From NCBI GenBank assembly GCA_038087875.1, contig CM075994.1, positions 8,062,001 through 8,126,000 of the forward strand: DNA of 64,000 nt. Direction: 5' to 3'. Every line of letters begins with the position of its first letter. Positions within the stretch are counted from its first letter, which is position 1. Position numbers and translations under genes: made by a program. The notes beneath the pieces are model-generated. The model saw nothing but the letters and a program-made list of their open reading frames with translations, did not search any database and was not told the origin of the DNA. Shown in pieces: positions 24,684 through 37,659 of the stretch. This stretch comes from Malacoraja senta (taxonomy: Eukaryota).

Positions 24684-24810
24684 CCTGTCTATATCCCGAC
24701 ATATCGACATTGGACAAGAAACTCAGACCAGCGTCCATAAACACCTCTGAACTCTTCGCTCCTCCACCGTAGAAACATCCCAGGTCGTAGGAATTCATGG
24801 CTTCAAACAC
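24684..24810 (-). CDS. C4: Complement C4-like, exon ~15 (linker), 127 bp
   Basis: cag|GTG...CAGG|gtaac. Translates VFEAMNSYDLGCFYGGGAKSSEVFMDAGLSFLSNVDMSGYRQ; VFEAMNSYDLGC matches mammalian C4 as I recall it. Confidence 0.95.
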
Positions 24811-25759
24811 CTGTTTGAAGAGAAAAGAGGATGGATCAGAGATTCGTTGCGTGCTTTGATCCGTCCTGTTCACACCTGTCCCTTCCGAATCTCTGTGTCT
24901 CCCTCTCCCCGACTTTCAGTCTGAAGAAGGGTCTCGACCCGAAACATCACCCATCCCTTCTCTCCAGAGACGCTGCCTGTCCCGCTGAGTTACTCCAGCA
25001 TTTTGTGTCTGTCTTCGATGTAAACCAGCATCTGCAGTTCCTAGATCAATTGAGACAACCTGACCCATTGCAGGATGTTTATTGTGGGGTAACTTTTTCA
25101 CACAGAGGGCGGTGGGTGTATGGAACAAGCTGCCAGAGGAGGTAGTTGAGGCTGGGACCATCCCAACATTTAAGAAACAATTAGACAGGTGCATGGATAG
25201 GACAGGTTTGGAGGGATATGGACCAAGCGCGGGCAGGTGGGACTAGTGTAGCTGGGCATGTTGGCCGGTGTGGGCAAGTTGGGCCGAAGGGCCTGTTTCC
25301 ACGCGGTATCACTCTATTGACCGGCCAATGTTGGTAACTGGTCTCACTGCTCCAGAAACCCAGGTTCAATCCTGACCTCGAGTGCTGCCTGTGTGTAGGT
25401 GAGGTCTATAATCTGTGCAGAGTTCATTAGAATTGCCTTCTCTCCAGAGATGCTGCCCGACCAGCTGAGTTACCCCAGCTTTTTATGTCCAGGCGTACTC
25501 TAGCCCTATCCCCGAACTCGATCTCTACCCCTGGTCCGATCCCTCCCTATGTCCAAGGCACCTCACAGGCCCTTCGTCTCTTCAATGATGTCCGTTTACC
25601 ATGGTCCCCACTCCCTCATCTTCACTATGGACGTTCAGTTGCTCTGTACCTCCGTCCCCCAGCAGGAAGGACAAAGCCCTCCTTTTCTTCCTCGACTGCA
25701 GAACCAGGCAACCTACTGACACTCTCCTCCGCCTAATGGAGCTGGTCCTCACCCTTATA

Positions 25760-26425
25760 TAGAAAGATAGAAATATAGCAAATAGGTGCAGGAGGAGGCC
25801 ATTTGGCCCTTTGAGCCAGCACCGCCATTCATTGTGATCAGTGCTGATCATCCACAATCAGTAACCCGTGCCTGCCTTCTCTCCATATCCCTTGATTCCG
25901 CTAGCCACGGGAGCTCTATCTAATTCTCTTTTAAATCCATCCAGTGAATTGGCCTCCACTGCCCTCTGTGGCAGAGAATTCCACAGATTCACAACTCTCT
26001 GGGTGAAAACGTTTTTTCTCATCTCAATTTTAAATGGCCTCCCCTTTATTCTTAGACTGTGGCCCCTGGTTCTGGACTCCATCAACATTGGGAACATTTT
26101 TCCTGCATCTAGCTTGTCCAGTCCTTTTATAATTTTATATGTTTCTATAAGATTCCCCCTCATCCTTCTAAATTCCAGTGAATATAAGCCCAGTCTTTCC
26201 ATTCTTTCAACATATGACAGTCCTGCCATCCCGGGAATTAACCTGGTGAACCTACGCTGCATTCCCTCAATAGCAAGGATGTCCTTCCTCAAATTAGGAG
26301 ACCAAAATTGCACCCAATACTCCAGGTGTGGTCTCACTAGGGCCCTGTACAACTGCAGAAGGATCTCTTTACTCCCATACTCAACCCCTCTTGTTATGAA
26401 GGCCAACATACCATTAGCTTTCTTC
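25760..26425 (-). mobile_element. CR1-clade LINE 3' fragment
   Basis: ORF 25858-26463 CR1 motifs. Confidence 0.88.
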
Positions 26426-27117
26426 ACCCATTCCTTCTCTCCAGAGATGCTGCCCCGCCTCACAGAGTTACTCCAGCATTTTGTGTCTCTCTTGTGGGCC
26501 GAAGGGCCTGTTACTGTGCTGTACAGTTCTATGTTCTATCTTCTATGGGCCATGTTGGTCGGCATGGGCCAGTTGGGCCGAAGGGCCTGTTTCCATGCTG
26601 TATGACTCAGCAAAGATTTGTTCTGTACTTTCATAAGTTCATAAGGAGCAGAATGAGACCATTCAGCCCATCAATTTTACCCCGCCATTCAATCTTAGCT
26701 AATCTATCTTTCTATCTATTCAGTCCAGGCCATTCCTTCTCTCCAGAGATGCTGCCTGACCCGCTGAGTTTAGTTTAGTTTGGAGATACAGCGTGGAAAC
26801 AGGCCCTTCGGCCCGCCGAGTCCGCACCGACCAGCGATCCCCGCACACTAACGCCATCCTACACCCACTAGGGACAATTTTTACATTGACCAAGCCAATT
26901 AACCTACAAACCTCTACGTCTTTGGGATGTGGGAGGAAACTGAAGATCTCGGAGAAAACCCACGCAGGTCACGGAGGAGAACGTACAAACTCCATGTAGA
27001 CAGCACCCGTAGCCGGGATCGAACCCGGGTCTCTGGCGCTGCATTCGCTGTAAGGCAGCAACTCTACCGCTGCGCCACCGTGACTCCAGCTATTTTGTGT
27101 CCATCCTCATGCATTAC

Positions 27118-27267
27118 CTTCCTGGGAGCGAGCCAGTTCTTGTTGTTCACGATGTACATTGCCGAATCGACTGCAACAAAGGAGACATTCGCAGCATCGT
27201 TGGTGGAGAAGTGGAGATCGAACTTGCTGCCCGGTTTATACACTTCATCCAGATCCTTCATCTCCAC
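27118..27267 (-). CDS. C4: Complement C4-like, exon ~14 (MG6), 150 bp
   Basis: cag|GTG...AAG|gtaatg. Translates VEMKDLDEVYKPGSKFDLHFSTNDAANVSFVAVDSAMYIVNNKNWLAPRK, with the 'Y.PG...AVD.A.Y' motif. Confidence 0.93.
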
Positions 27268-28285
27268 CTGTGAAGGGAAACAGACGGCATTCTCTGGTCA
27301 ACCTGCAGAACCATCCACTCGCAATCAATCACAGTAATACTATATTAGCCAAGTATGTTTTGCCACATACGAGGAATTTGATTTGCCATACAGTCATACC
27401 AATAAAAAGCAACAGAACACACAAAATACATTTTAACATAAACATCCACCACAGTGACTCCTCCACATTCCTCACTGTGATGGAAGGTGAAAAAAAGTTC
27501 AATCTCTTCCCTTCTTTGTTCTCCTCGAGCCTTCCGTTGACGGGACGATCTTCACTCCCAGAGCCGGCGGTTGGGCCCTCCCTGTCGGGCGATCAAGCTC
27601 CTGCATCGGGGTGAATTCAGCACCCCCGTGCCGGCCATCGGACCCCGCCTCGGGACTGGTCGAACCTCTGTGTTCGTTGGAGCCCCCCCCCCCCCCCCGA
27701 TTCGGCCTCTCCTGAGACTGCGAGCCCTTGATGGTAAAGTCTGCCGGCCGCGGCTGGGGGCGGTCCCAGGCAAGGGATCAGCTCCGATGATAAGTCCACG
27801 CCCCGCGGTGGGGCCCAAGGTCAGTCCGATGAGGCCTCCAGCTCCATCGATGGTAGGCCGCAGAGCAACCGGAGAATGCGATCCGAAAATTAATCGCATC
27901 TCCGGTAAGGTAAGAGAAAAATTACACAAACTATTAACACACACTAAAAATGTTTTAAAAGGCGAAAAAAACAGAAAGATTGTTGGCAGGGCCGCCTATT
28001 GTGTGGCGCCCCCTGGTGGAAACTGAAACTGTTTCTGACAGCGTGGAAACAGGCCCTTCGGCCTCACTTTTCCGGCCAACATGTGCCAGCTACACTAGTC
28101 CCACCTGCCTGCGCTTGGTCCATATCCCTCCAAACCTGTCCTATCCATGTACCTGTCTAACTGTTTCTTAAACGTTGGGATAGTCCCAGCCTCAACTACC
28201 TCCTCTGGCAGCTCGTTCCATACACCCACCACCCTTTGTGTGAAAAAGTTACCTCAGGCTTCTATTAAATCTTTTCCCCTTCACC

Positions 28286-28876
28286 ATTATTAAGAAAGCA
28301 CATCAGCGCCTCTACTTCCTGAGAAGATTACGGAGAGTCGGTTTGTCAAGGAGGACTCTCTCTAACTTCTACAGGTGCACAGTAGAGAGCATGCTGACCG
28401 GTTGCATCGTGGCTTGGTTCGGCAACTTGAGTGCCCTGGAGAGGAGAAGACTATAAAAAGTAGTAAACACTGCCCAGTCCATCATCGGCTCTGACCTCCC
28501 TACCATCGAGGGGATCTACCACAGTCGCTGCCTCAAAAAGGCTGGCAGTATCATCAAGGACCCACACCATCCTGGCCACACACTCATCTCCCTACTACCT
28601 TCAGGTAGAAGGTACAGGAGCCTGAAGACTGCAACGACCAGGTTCAGGAACAGCTACTTCCCCACAGCCATCAGGCTATTAAACCTGGCTCGGACATAAC
28701 ACTGAACTTTACTAGCCAATACTGTTATTTGCACTTTATCAGTATATTGACCATTGTGTATATATTTATAGAATGCCTTGTAGTAAATGCCTACTATGTT
28801 CTGTTGTGCTCAAGCAAAGCAAGAATTTCATTGTCCTACCAGGGACACATGACAATAAACTCACTTGACTTGACTT
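28286..28876 (+). mobile_element. Rex/Babar-like (DUF1891-type) LINE 3' fragment
   Basis: IKKAHQRLYFLRRL..FYRCTVESMLTGCIVAWFG; AATAAA followed by a (CTTGA)n tail; near-identical inverted copy at 40046-40870. Confidence 0.8.
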
Positions 28877-29225
28877 AAACCTGTGTCCTCTGGTCCTCGA
28901 TTCCCCTACTCTGGGCAAGAGACTCTGTACGTCTACCCGATCTATTCCTCTCATGATTTTGTACACCTCTATAAGATCACCCCTCATCCTCCTGCGCTCC
29001 AAGGAATAGAGACCCAGCCTGCTCAACCTCTCCCCTGAAGCTCACACCCTCTAGTCCTGGCAACATCCTCGTAAATCTTCTCTGTACCCTTGTGTAGGAA
29101 GGAACTGCAGATGCTGGTTTAAATCGAAGGTAGACACAAAATGCTGGAGTAACTCAGCGGGTCAGGCAGCATCTCTGGAGAGAAGGAATGGGTGATGTTT
29201 CGAGTCGAGACCTTTCTTCAGACTA

Positions 29226-29494
29226 GTACCCCCACTTACGCGACTTTTTCGGCGACTGCCGGCAGCCGTCGTAGGGTCGTTGCAGGTCGCCGAAAATTTT
29301 CAACATGTTGAAAATCCAGCAGTGACCAGGAAGACTCTTTGTGCGACTGAGGTGAAGCCTCTATGGTCGTGAGTAGTCGCCCAAAGAGTCGTACCTTGTT
29401 CTGGTCGCCGCTGGTTTGAAAATTTTAGGCGACCTGCAATGAACTATGCGGCTGCCGGCAGTCGCTGGAAAAGTCGCGTAAGTGGGACAGGCCC
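29226..29494. mobile_element. Harbinger-like MITE
   Basis: CCCACTTACGCGACTTTT...AAAAGTCGCGTAAGTGGG inverted ends of the same TIR family. Confidence 0.7.
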
Positions 29495-29661
29495 AGCAGA
29501 GATAATTCCCCGAACTAGTGTGTGGGGAGTGGATGGGAAAGTGGACCTGGTTGAGGGAGGAGGCAGAGCATCTCCGGAGATGCTGCCTGAGCTGCCGAGT
29601 TACTCCAGCACTTTGGGTCTTTTTATTGCTGCGCTTTGCGCGGGGAGAGCGGGTTTCTCAC

Positions 29662-29856
29662 CCGTCCACGGCACTTGTCCTCCACGTCGACCCACACCGA
29701 GTTAGCCACCATCTCATCCTTGCCGGCGGAGCGGGTGTAGTAGTAGGCGAGAAGCCGGAACGTCGGGATCATGTCTGGGATCACCAGCAGCTGCAGCCTG
29801 GTGGGATCGTCCTTCACCAACCTCTCAGCCCAGAGGATACGGCCTTTACTCGTAAC
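29662..29856 (-). CDS. C4: Complement C4-like, exon ~13 (MG5/MG6), 195 bp
   Basis: cag|GTT...CGG|gtgaga. Translates VTSKGRILWAERLVKDDPTRLQLLVIPDMIPTFRLLAYYYTRSAGKDEMVANSVWVDVEDKCRGR, with the family motif 'MIPxFRLLAYY...E.VA.SVWVDV.D.C'. Confidence 0.95.
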
Positions 29857-29859
29857 CTG

Positions 29860-30210
29860 GGAGAGGGGAGAGGGGTGGTGGGGGGGAGGAGGGGAGAGGA
29901 GGGAAGAGGAGGGAAGAGGGGAGGAGGGGAGAGGAGAGGAGAGGGGAGAGGAGAGGAGAGGAGGGGAGGGGAGGGGAGGGGAAAGGAGAGGAGGGGAGGA
30001 GGGGAGAGGAGAAGAGGGGAGGGGAGGGAAGAGGAGAGGAGGGGAGGGGAGGAGAAAGGAGAGGAGGAGGGGAGAGGAGAAGAGGGGAGGGGAGGGGAGT
30101 GGAGAGGAGAGGAAAGGAGGGGAGTGGAGGGGAGGGGAGGGGAAAGGGGAGGAGGGGAGGGGTGGAGGGGAGAGGAGAAGAGGGGAGGGGAGGGGAGTGG
30201 AGAGGAGGCA
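29860..30210. repeat. Polypurine (GGAGA/GGGGA)n tract
   Basis: About 350 bp of almost pure A/G on the plus strand. Confidence 0.95.
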
Positions 30211-31004
30211 GCCTAAGGTCAGTTGTTAATACCATCGGGCATTCTCATTACATTCTCATCATTAAACCTTCGAAGATAGACACAAAATGCTGGAAGTCAC
30301 AAGTTCTAGGAGCAGAATTAGGCCACTCGGCCCATCGAGTCCTCCGCCATTCAATCGTGTCTGATCTATCTCTCCCTCCTAGCCCCATTCTCCTGCCTTC
30401 TCCCCATAACCCCTGACACCCGCACTAATCACGTTGTGTGGGGATCACTGGTCGGTGTGGACCCAGTGGGCCGATGACCTGTGTCCGCGCTGTATTTTCC
30501 CTAAAACTAAAACTAGAACCAAAAAGCGAAATCTGTCTATCTCTGCCTTAAAAATATCCACTGATTTGTCCTCCACAGCCGTCTGTGGCAATGAATCCCA
30601 CAGATTCACCACCCTCTGACTAAAGATATTCCTCCTCATCTCCTTCCTAAAAGTACGTCCTTTAATTCTGATGCTGTGACCTCTGGTCCTAGACTCTCCC
30701 ACTGATGGAAACATCCTCTCCACATCCACTCTATCCCAGGCCTTTCACTATTCTGTACGTTTCAATGAAGTCCCCACCCCCCCCCACCCCCCTCACAAAT
30801 TGCACAGTTTAACGGTTGGCCGAAAGGCCTGTTTCATAAGGACATCAAGTGATAGGAGCAGAATTAGGCCATTCGGCCCATCAAGTCTACTCTGGCATTC
30901 AATCATGGCTGGTCTATCTGTCCCTCCTCAGCCCATTCTCCTGCCTTCTCCCCGTAACCCCAGACGCCTGAGCTGTGTGGGGGTGGAGAGAGGGTTTTAC
31001 TAAC

Positions 31005-31193
31005 AATGTAGTAGATGTGATCGATCTTCCCTCCGTCTCCCTGGGTGATGGCTCGGAACTCGATGTCCAGCCGTTCCCCCACCCTCACCATCGTGCGGGG
31101 GGCTTGGATGTGGAGATAGCTCCGGCTGGGCGAGTGGTAAATCGCGGCCATTACATTGGCCTCACGCCCATCGCTCCCCTCTCCAGCGATCAC
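31005..31193 (-). CDS. C4: Complement C4-like, exon ~12 (MG4/MG5 boundary), 189 bp
   Basis: cag|GTG...ATT|gttagt. Translates VIAGEGSDGREANVMAAIYHSPSRSYLHIQAPRTMVRVGERLDIEFRAITQGDGGKIDHIYYI, resembling C4 '..FLSI..PRVGDTL.L.LRA...FSHYYYM'. Phase 0-0. Confidence 0.9.
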
Positions 31194-31589
31194 CTGAACA
31201 AAGACACAAGTTCACAAGTTGTAGGGTGCAGGGAGGAACGGCAGATGCCGGTGTACATCGAAGATAGACACAAAGTGCTGGAGTAACTCAGCGGGACGGG
31301 CAGCATCTCTGGAGAGAAGGAATGGGGGTCGAGACCCTTCCTCAGACTGAAATGTCTGTCTCAAGAGGTCAGTCTGAAGAAGCATCCCGACCCGAAACGT
31401 CAGCCATCCTTTCCGTAAATCGGCCCATGGAGTCCACTCCGCCATTCAATCAGGGCTGATCTCTGTCTCCTGATCTAATTTTCCTGCCTTCTCCCCATAA
31501 CCCTTGACACGATATGATACGATACAATACGATCGAATTTTATTTATCCCAGGAGGGAAATTGATCTGCCAACGGTCATAAAACACAAG

Positions 31590-32035
31590 ATAGACAATAG
31601 ACAATAGGTGCAGGAGGAGGCCATTCACTGTGATAATGGCTGATCCTCCACAATCATTACCCCGTTCCTGCCTTCTCCCATATCCCTTGACTCCACTACC
31701 TGTAAGAGCTCTATCTAACTCTCTCTTGAAAGCATCCAATGAATTGGCCTCCACTGCCTTCTGAGGCAGAGAATTCCACAGATTCTCAACTCTCTGGGTG
31801 AAAAAGTTTTTCCTCATCTCCGTTCTAAATGGCCTACCCCTTATTCTTAAACTGTGTCCCCTGGTTCTGGACTCCCCCAACATCGGGAACATGTTTCCTG
31901 CCTCTAGCGTGTCCAATCCCTTAATAATCTTGCATGTTTCCATAAGATCCCCCCTCATCCTAAATTCCAGTGTATACAAGCCCAGCCGCTCCATTCTATC
32001 AACATATGACAGTCCCGCCATCCCAGGAATTAATC
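31590..32035 (-). mobile_element. CR1-clade LINE 3' fragment
   Basis: LIPGMAGLSY...NLWNSLP, with a CTATTGT tail. Confidence 0.85.
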
Positions 32036-32548
32036 CCGTAAAAAATACATGAAACATGAAATTAAGGTGATGAGTGGAAAGGATTGGGAACACCCGTTCT
32101 AATCAAGAATTTGTCTGTCTCTGCCTTAAAAAATGTTCACCAACTTGGCCTCTACAGCCCTCTGTGGCAATGAGTTCCACAGATTCAACCTCTGACTAAA
32201 GAAGTTCCTCCTCACTTCCTTTCTAGAAGACTCTCATACACCGAGCCGTCTTCAGAAGGATCAAACAACGGGGGAGGTCTTACCTAATACAGACGCAGAG
32301 CTGGAGTAACTCAGCGGATCAGGCAGCATCTCTGGAGAGAATAGTTCGGCAAAGTTTCAGGTCGAGACGATTCTTCAGACTGAGTTTCTTCCCAGTTGTT
32401 ATCAGGCAACTGAACCATCCTACCACAACGAAAGAGCAGTCCTGAACCACTATCTACCTCATTGGAGACCCTCGGACTATCTTTGATCGGACTTTGCTGG
32501 ATTTAACTTGCACTAAACGTTATTCCCTTATCAAGTACCTGTACACTG

Positions 32549-33281
32549 CAGGGGCGGAAATCGCTATCAAAACATAGGGGACAAACAATTACTTGGTGGC
32601 CGCGCGCGCACACACACACACGAGGCTTCGGCCGTGGGCCGTGTGGACGATAACATCGGGAGGTGACCTGGTTGGTGACCGACTCCGAACTCCAGCAACA
32701 GCAGCTTCGTCCGCCCCGAATCGTGGGGCTTGAATCGGCCCGTTCGCGGGGCCTTTCATCGCCCGGCGCGGCTTAAAAACTGGCGCGGGATCTTCCATCG
32801 CCCGTCGGGGCCTCAACATCAGGAGCCTCAATCGCCTCGACGCAGCAATTTGACCACGGGGTGATGGAAGATCCCGCGGCCGATTTTAAGCCCCGCCGGG
32901 CGATGAAAGGCCCCGCGAACGGGCCAGTTCAAGCTCCGCTCTATGATGTTTGCTCCACCAGGACGTCTCCCTCCTCCAATCACCGCGCTCTATCCTCAGT
33001 GCCACCCCCCTACTTCCGCCTCTGACCGACACTTTCCTCCTCCAATCATTGCGCTGAATCATCCTGTCCCGCCCCCCCCCCCCATTGCCTGCTGACTGAC
33101 ATCTCTCTCGTCCAATCAGCGCCCTCGATCATCAGTCCCACCCCCATTGTCTGGCGGAAAACGGAGATATTAATAGATTTTTGTTTCACCGAATTTCAAA
33201 ATCCGGATTACAAAAGATTGTCCCCCACCTCTCAAAACATGGAGGGGACGTGCCCCCCGTCCCCCTGGGATTTCCGCCCAT
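32549..33281. mobile_element. Non-autonomous DNA transposon (hAT-like)
   Basis: TIR CAGGGGCGGAAATC / GATTTCCGCCCAT; imperfect ~8-bp TSD; interrupts an older repeat; internal inverted duplication. Confidence 0.6.
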
Positions 33282-33424
33282 AAACTGTAAATGGCTCGAT
33301 TGTAATCATTTGTTGCCTTTCCGCTGACTGGATAGAACACAACAAAAGCTTTTCACTGTTCCTCGGTACAACGTGACAAGAAATTAAACTACACTAAAAC
33401 AGGCAATAAACTAAACTGAACTGA

Positions 33425-33650
33425 AACAGACAGAGTGGTGGAGTAACTCAGCGGGTCAGGCAGCATCTCTGGAGAACATGGATAGGTGACGTTTCACACA
33501 GTGCTGGAGTAACTCAGCGGGTCAGGCAGCATCTGTGGAGAGCATGGATAGGAGACGTTTCACAGAGTGCTGCAGTAACTCAGCGGGTCAGGCAGCATCT
33601 CTGGAGAACATGGATAGGTGACGTTTCGGGTCGGGACCCTTCTTCAGACT
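33425..33650. repeat. Three ~66-bp tandem copies of a Penelope-terminal module
   Basis: GTGCTGGAGTAACTCAGCGGGTCAGGCAGCATCT..GGATAGGTGACGTTTC x3. Confidence 0.8.
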
Positions 33651-33851
33651 GATTGTAGTAGGGGAGAAAGCTGGAAGAGAATAGAGGTGAGGTAGTAGGG
33701 CAAGTGATGGGTGGATACAAGGAACTGCAGATGTTAGTTGGCAAAAAAGGATAAAAGTGCTGGAGTAACTCAGCGGGTCAACAGCTCTGGGAGAACATGG
33801 ATAGTGGACGTTTCGGGTCGAGAAAATCTTCAGACTGATTTAGTGCGTTCC

Positions 33852-34051
33852 NNNNNNNNNNNNNNNNNNNNNNNNNNNNNNNNNNNNNNNNNNNNNNNNN
33901 NNNNNNNNNNNNNNNNNNNNNNNNNNNNNNNNNNNNNNNNNNNNNNNNNNNNNNNNNNNNNNNNNNNNNNNNNNNNNNNNNNNNNNNNNNNNNNNNNNNN
34001 NNNNNNNNNNNNNNNNNNNNNNNNNNNNNNNNNNNNNNNNNNNNNNNNNNN
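33852..34051. other. Assembly gap (200 N)
   Basis: Exactly 200 N, a round placeholder length typical of scaffold joins. Confidence 0.99.
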
Positions 34052-34772
34052 AGACCAGACACTAGATGCTCAGACTCCAGGCCAGACGACCAATATTTAG
34101 GCTCAGACACCCAATGCTCAGACTCCAGCTGAAACTCCAGCTCAGACAATAGACGTTCAAACTCCAGATCAGCTGCACAATTCCCAGACTCCAGCCCAGA
34201 CACTAGACGCTTAGACTCCTGCTCAGGCACTAGACGCTCAGACTCCTGCTGAGACGACCGATACTCAGACTCGGGCTCAGACTCCCAATGCTCAGACTCC
34301 AGCTCAAAATCCAGCCCAGACACCCAATGCTCAGACTCCAGCCCGGACGACTGATACTCAGACTCCAGCCCGGACGACTGATACTCAGACCCCATCCCAG
34401 ACAACTGATACACAGACTCCATGTAGACTAAAGTAAACTAAACTAAACTCCACCGTTCGAGACTCCCTCGGCCATTTGAACATTTGATGCTCAGCTGGTC
34501 GACTCAGACTCTGGAAACGGATGCTCGGACTGAGACTGTGGCTCAGACGCTCAATGCTCAGACACTCGAACACTGGTTCAGCTGCTTGATGTTCGAACAC
34601 CCTCAGCTTCTCGAATGCTCAGATGCTCAGACGCTCAGACTCCGGTTCAGATGCTCAGACTCCAGCTCAGACGCTCAGACTCCGTCTCAGACATTGCGGC
34701 TGACCCAGACGCTGGGACTGTCTCAGACGCTTAGACTCCAGTTCAGACGCTCAGACTCCAGCTCATACGCTC
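34052..34772. repeat. Degenerate GCTCAGAC(TCCA) minisatellite at the contig edge
   Basis: Dozens of GCTCAGAC cores in ~33-bp higher-order units. Confidence 0.85.
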
Positions 34773-35080
34773 GGCGCCCTCTCCCAGCCCTGTTGACAAA
34801 ATACAGGTTTAGAGTCACAGAGTGATACAGTGTGGAAACAGGCCCTTCGGCCCAACTTACCCATTCCGACCAACATGTCCCAGCTACATTAGTCCCACCT
34901 GCCCGCGTTTGGTCCATATCCCTCCAAACCTGTCCTATCCATGTACCTGTCTAACTGTTTCTTAAACATTTAGTTCAGCTTTGTTCAGTTTAGTTTAGAA
35001 ATTCAAAGTGTAAAATGGCCCTTTGGCCCAACTTGCCCACACCGACCAACATGTAGTTCCACTTACTTGTGTTTGGCCCA

Positions 35081-35766
35081 TCGCTATATACCTAAAAGTC
35101 TTCATTGTGTGTGTGTGCGTGCGTTCGTGCATGCGTGCGTGCGCGCGTGCGTGTGTGTGTGTGTATGTGCGCGCGTGCACGCATCTGGTTAATTCCCATC
35201 TTCTTCCAAACACTAGGCCACAACCTTCCCATTTTCACACATCCTATTTATATTTCCCCCCTGGTGGCGATGAACATCTTCCCGTCGCATTTCCACCTAT
35301 ATTTCAGAAGTTATTAATCGTTGAAATAATAAAAAAGCCAAAACCGCCTTCTCACAGACATCTTCCATCCATCTCACAGTGATGATGTCACAATGCCTCT
35401 CACAGTGCACCAATCACAATGGGCTCTCAAGCTGGCTGCCAACTGCCACAATGACATCACAATGGGACGTCGCCAATGGTAACGAGGTTGCTGCCCCCTC
35501 TACCAATATCTGAAGGGGCTGCTCATCAAGTTCTGGTTGCATTTTGATCCCACGATCCTAGTGTTTGGGCACAAGGCAGGGAGAGGGGAGGACCGATCGA
35601 GGTGGGGGGGGAACTTTCATTGCCCCTCCCTCACCCAAACCCCCCACCCGCCCCCCTGCCCCCGCACCACGCCACCCACCCGCACCACCCCCCCCGGGTG
35701 AACATCGACGCAGCACAACCCCCCCTGCATTGGGGGACGGGGCCCAACGGGTCCCACTTAGTCTAG
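35081..35766 (+). mobile_element. Non-autonomous Helitron-like element
   Basis: 5' TC..CTATATACCTAAAAGTC; 3' GGGGCCCAACGGGTCCC..CTAG; A|T target in 'ggccca|tatctc'. Confidence 0.7.
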
Positions 35767-36469
35767 TATCTCTCTAAACCTTTTGCTATCCTTGTACCTG
35801 TCTAAATGTTTCTTAAGTGTTTAGCCTAGCTTATCTTTGCTTATTTTAGCTTATCTTAGTTTGGTTTAGTTTAATTAAGTTTAGAAACACAGTGTGGAAA
35901 CACGCCCTTCAGCCCAACTTGCCCTCACCGGCCAACATGTCCCAGCTACACTAGTCCCACCTGCCTGCGCTTGGCCCAGATCCCACCAAACCTGTCCTAT
36001 CCATGTACATGTGTAACCCTTGCTTTCCCTCTCTCTCCATCCCACCGGCTTCCGAGACCAGTCTGACTGTCCCCGACTACCATTTTATCTCTGTTTCTTT
36101 TGTCGTCACCTCGTCCCAGCTAACAATGCTCTATTTCACATTTTTCTTGAACCGCATCCCCTTTGTCCTGTATTCACACCTTACACATTCTTATCTAAGT
36201 TTCTCCCCCTCCCCTGACTTCAGTCTGAAGAAGGGTCTCGACCCAAAACATCACTCATTCCTTCTCTCCAGAGATGCTGCCTTTCCTGCTGAGTTACTCC
36301 AGCCTTTTGTGATCATCTGTCTAACTGTTTCTTAAACGTTGGGATAGTCCCAGCCTCAACTACCTCCTCCGGCAGCTCGTTCCATACACCCACCACCCTT
36401 TGTGTGAAAACATTACCCCTCAGATTCCTATTAAATCTTTTCCCCTTCACCTTAAACTCATGTCCTCTG

Positions 36470-37000
36470 GACATTCTTGCCATAGAGGGAGTACAGAGAA
36501 GGTTCACCAGACTGATTCCTGGGATGGCAGGACTTTCATATGAAGAAAGACTGGATAGACTCGGCTTGTACACGTTGGAATTCAGAAGACTGAGGGGGGA
36601 TCTTATAGAAACGTACAAAATTGTTAAGGGGTTGGACAGGCTAGATACAGGAAGATTATTCCCGATGTTGGGGAAGTCCAGAACTAGGGGCCACAGTTTA
36701 AGGATAAGAGGGAAGACTTTTAGGACCGAGATGAGGAAATCATTTTTTACACAGAGAGTGGTGAATCTGTGGAATTCTCTGCCACAGAAGGTAGTTGAGG
36801 CCAGTTCATTGCTATATTTAAGAGGGAGTTAGGTGTGGCCCTTGTGGCTAAAGGGATCAGGGGGTATGGAGAGAAGGCAGGGATGGGATACTGAGTTGGA
36901 TGATCAGCCATGATCATATCAAATGGCGGTGCAGGCTCAAAGGGCCGACTGGCCTACTCCTGCACCTATTTTCTATGTTTCTATGTTTCTATGTTTCTAT
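36470..37000 (+). mobile_element. CR1-clade LINE 3' fragment nested in another CR1
   Basis: DILAIEGVQRRFTRLIPGM..., with a (TTTCTATG)n tail. Confidence 0.85.
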
Positions 37001-37659
37001 GGTCCTCGATTCACCTACTCTGAGAAAAGATTCTATCCGATCTAGTCCTCTCATGATTTCATACAAGATCACTCCTCATCCTCCTGCGCTCCAAGGAATA
37101 GAGTCCTAGCCCGCTCAACCTCTCCCTATAGCTCACACCCTCGAGTCCTGGCAACATCCTCGTAAATCTTCTCTGAACCCTTTCCAGCTTGATGACATCT
37201 TTCCTATAACACGGTGCCCAGAACTGAACACAATACACTGAAGGTACACAGAAATGCTGGTGAAACTCAGCGGGTGCAGCAGCATCTATGGAGCGAAGGA
37301 AATAGGCAACGTTTCGGGCCGAAACCCTTCTTCAGACTAATAGGGGGTGAGGAGAAGAAAGGAAAAAAGGAAATAAGGCGGAGGAGGAGCCCAAGGGCTG
37401 GGGGATGGGAGGAGACAACCAGAGGGCTGATGAAGGGGAGGGGACAGCAAGGGCTAGCAGAGTTGGGAGAACTCAATGTTCATGCCCCTAGGATGTAGAC
37501 TGCCCAAGCGGAATATGAGGTGCATTTCCTCCAATTTCCGGTGTTGCTCGCTGTGGCAATGGAGGAGACCCAGGACAGAGAGGTCAGATACGGAATGGGA
37601 GGGGGAGTTGAAGTGCTGAGCCACCGGGAGGTCAGGTACACCTCCGGTCGGTCCGCAAT

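Noticed and set aside
29518..30235. G/E/R-rich and P/L/S-rich ORFs
   Set aside because: Polypurine repeat read-through overlapping the true minus-strand exon.
32225..32295. Short unique stretch with a minus-strand GTAAGA donor-like site as the missing exon 11
   Set aside because: The upstream sequence is a common repeat module with no complement-like frame.
33778..34422. ESE-rich 214-aa ORF
   Set aside because: Translation of the GCTCAGAC minisatellite running into Ns.
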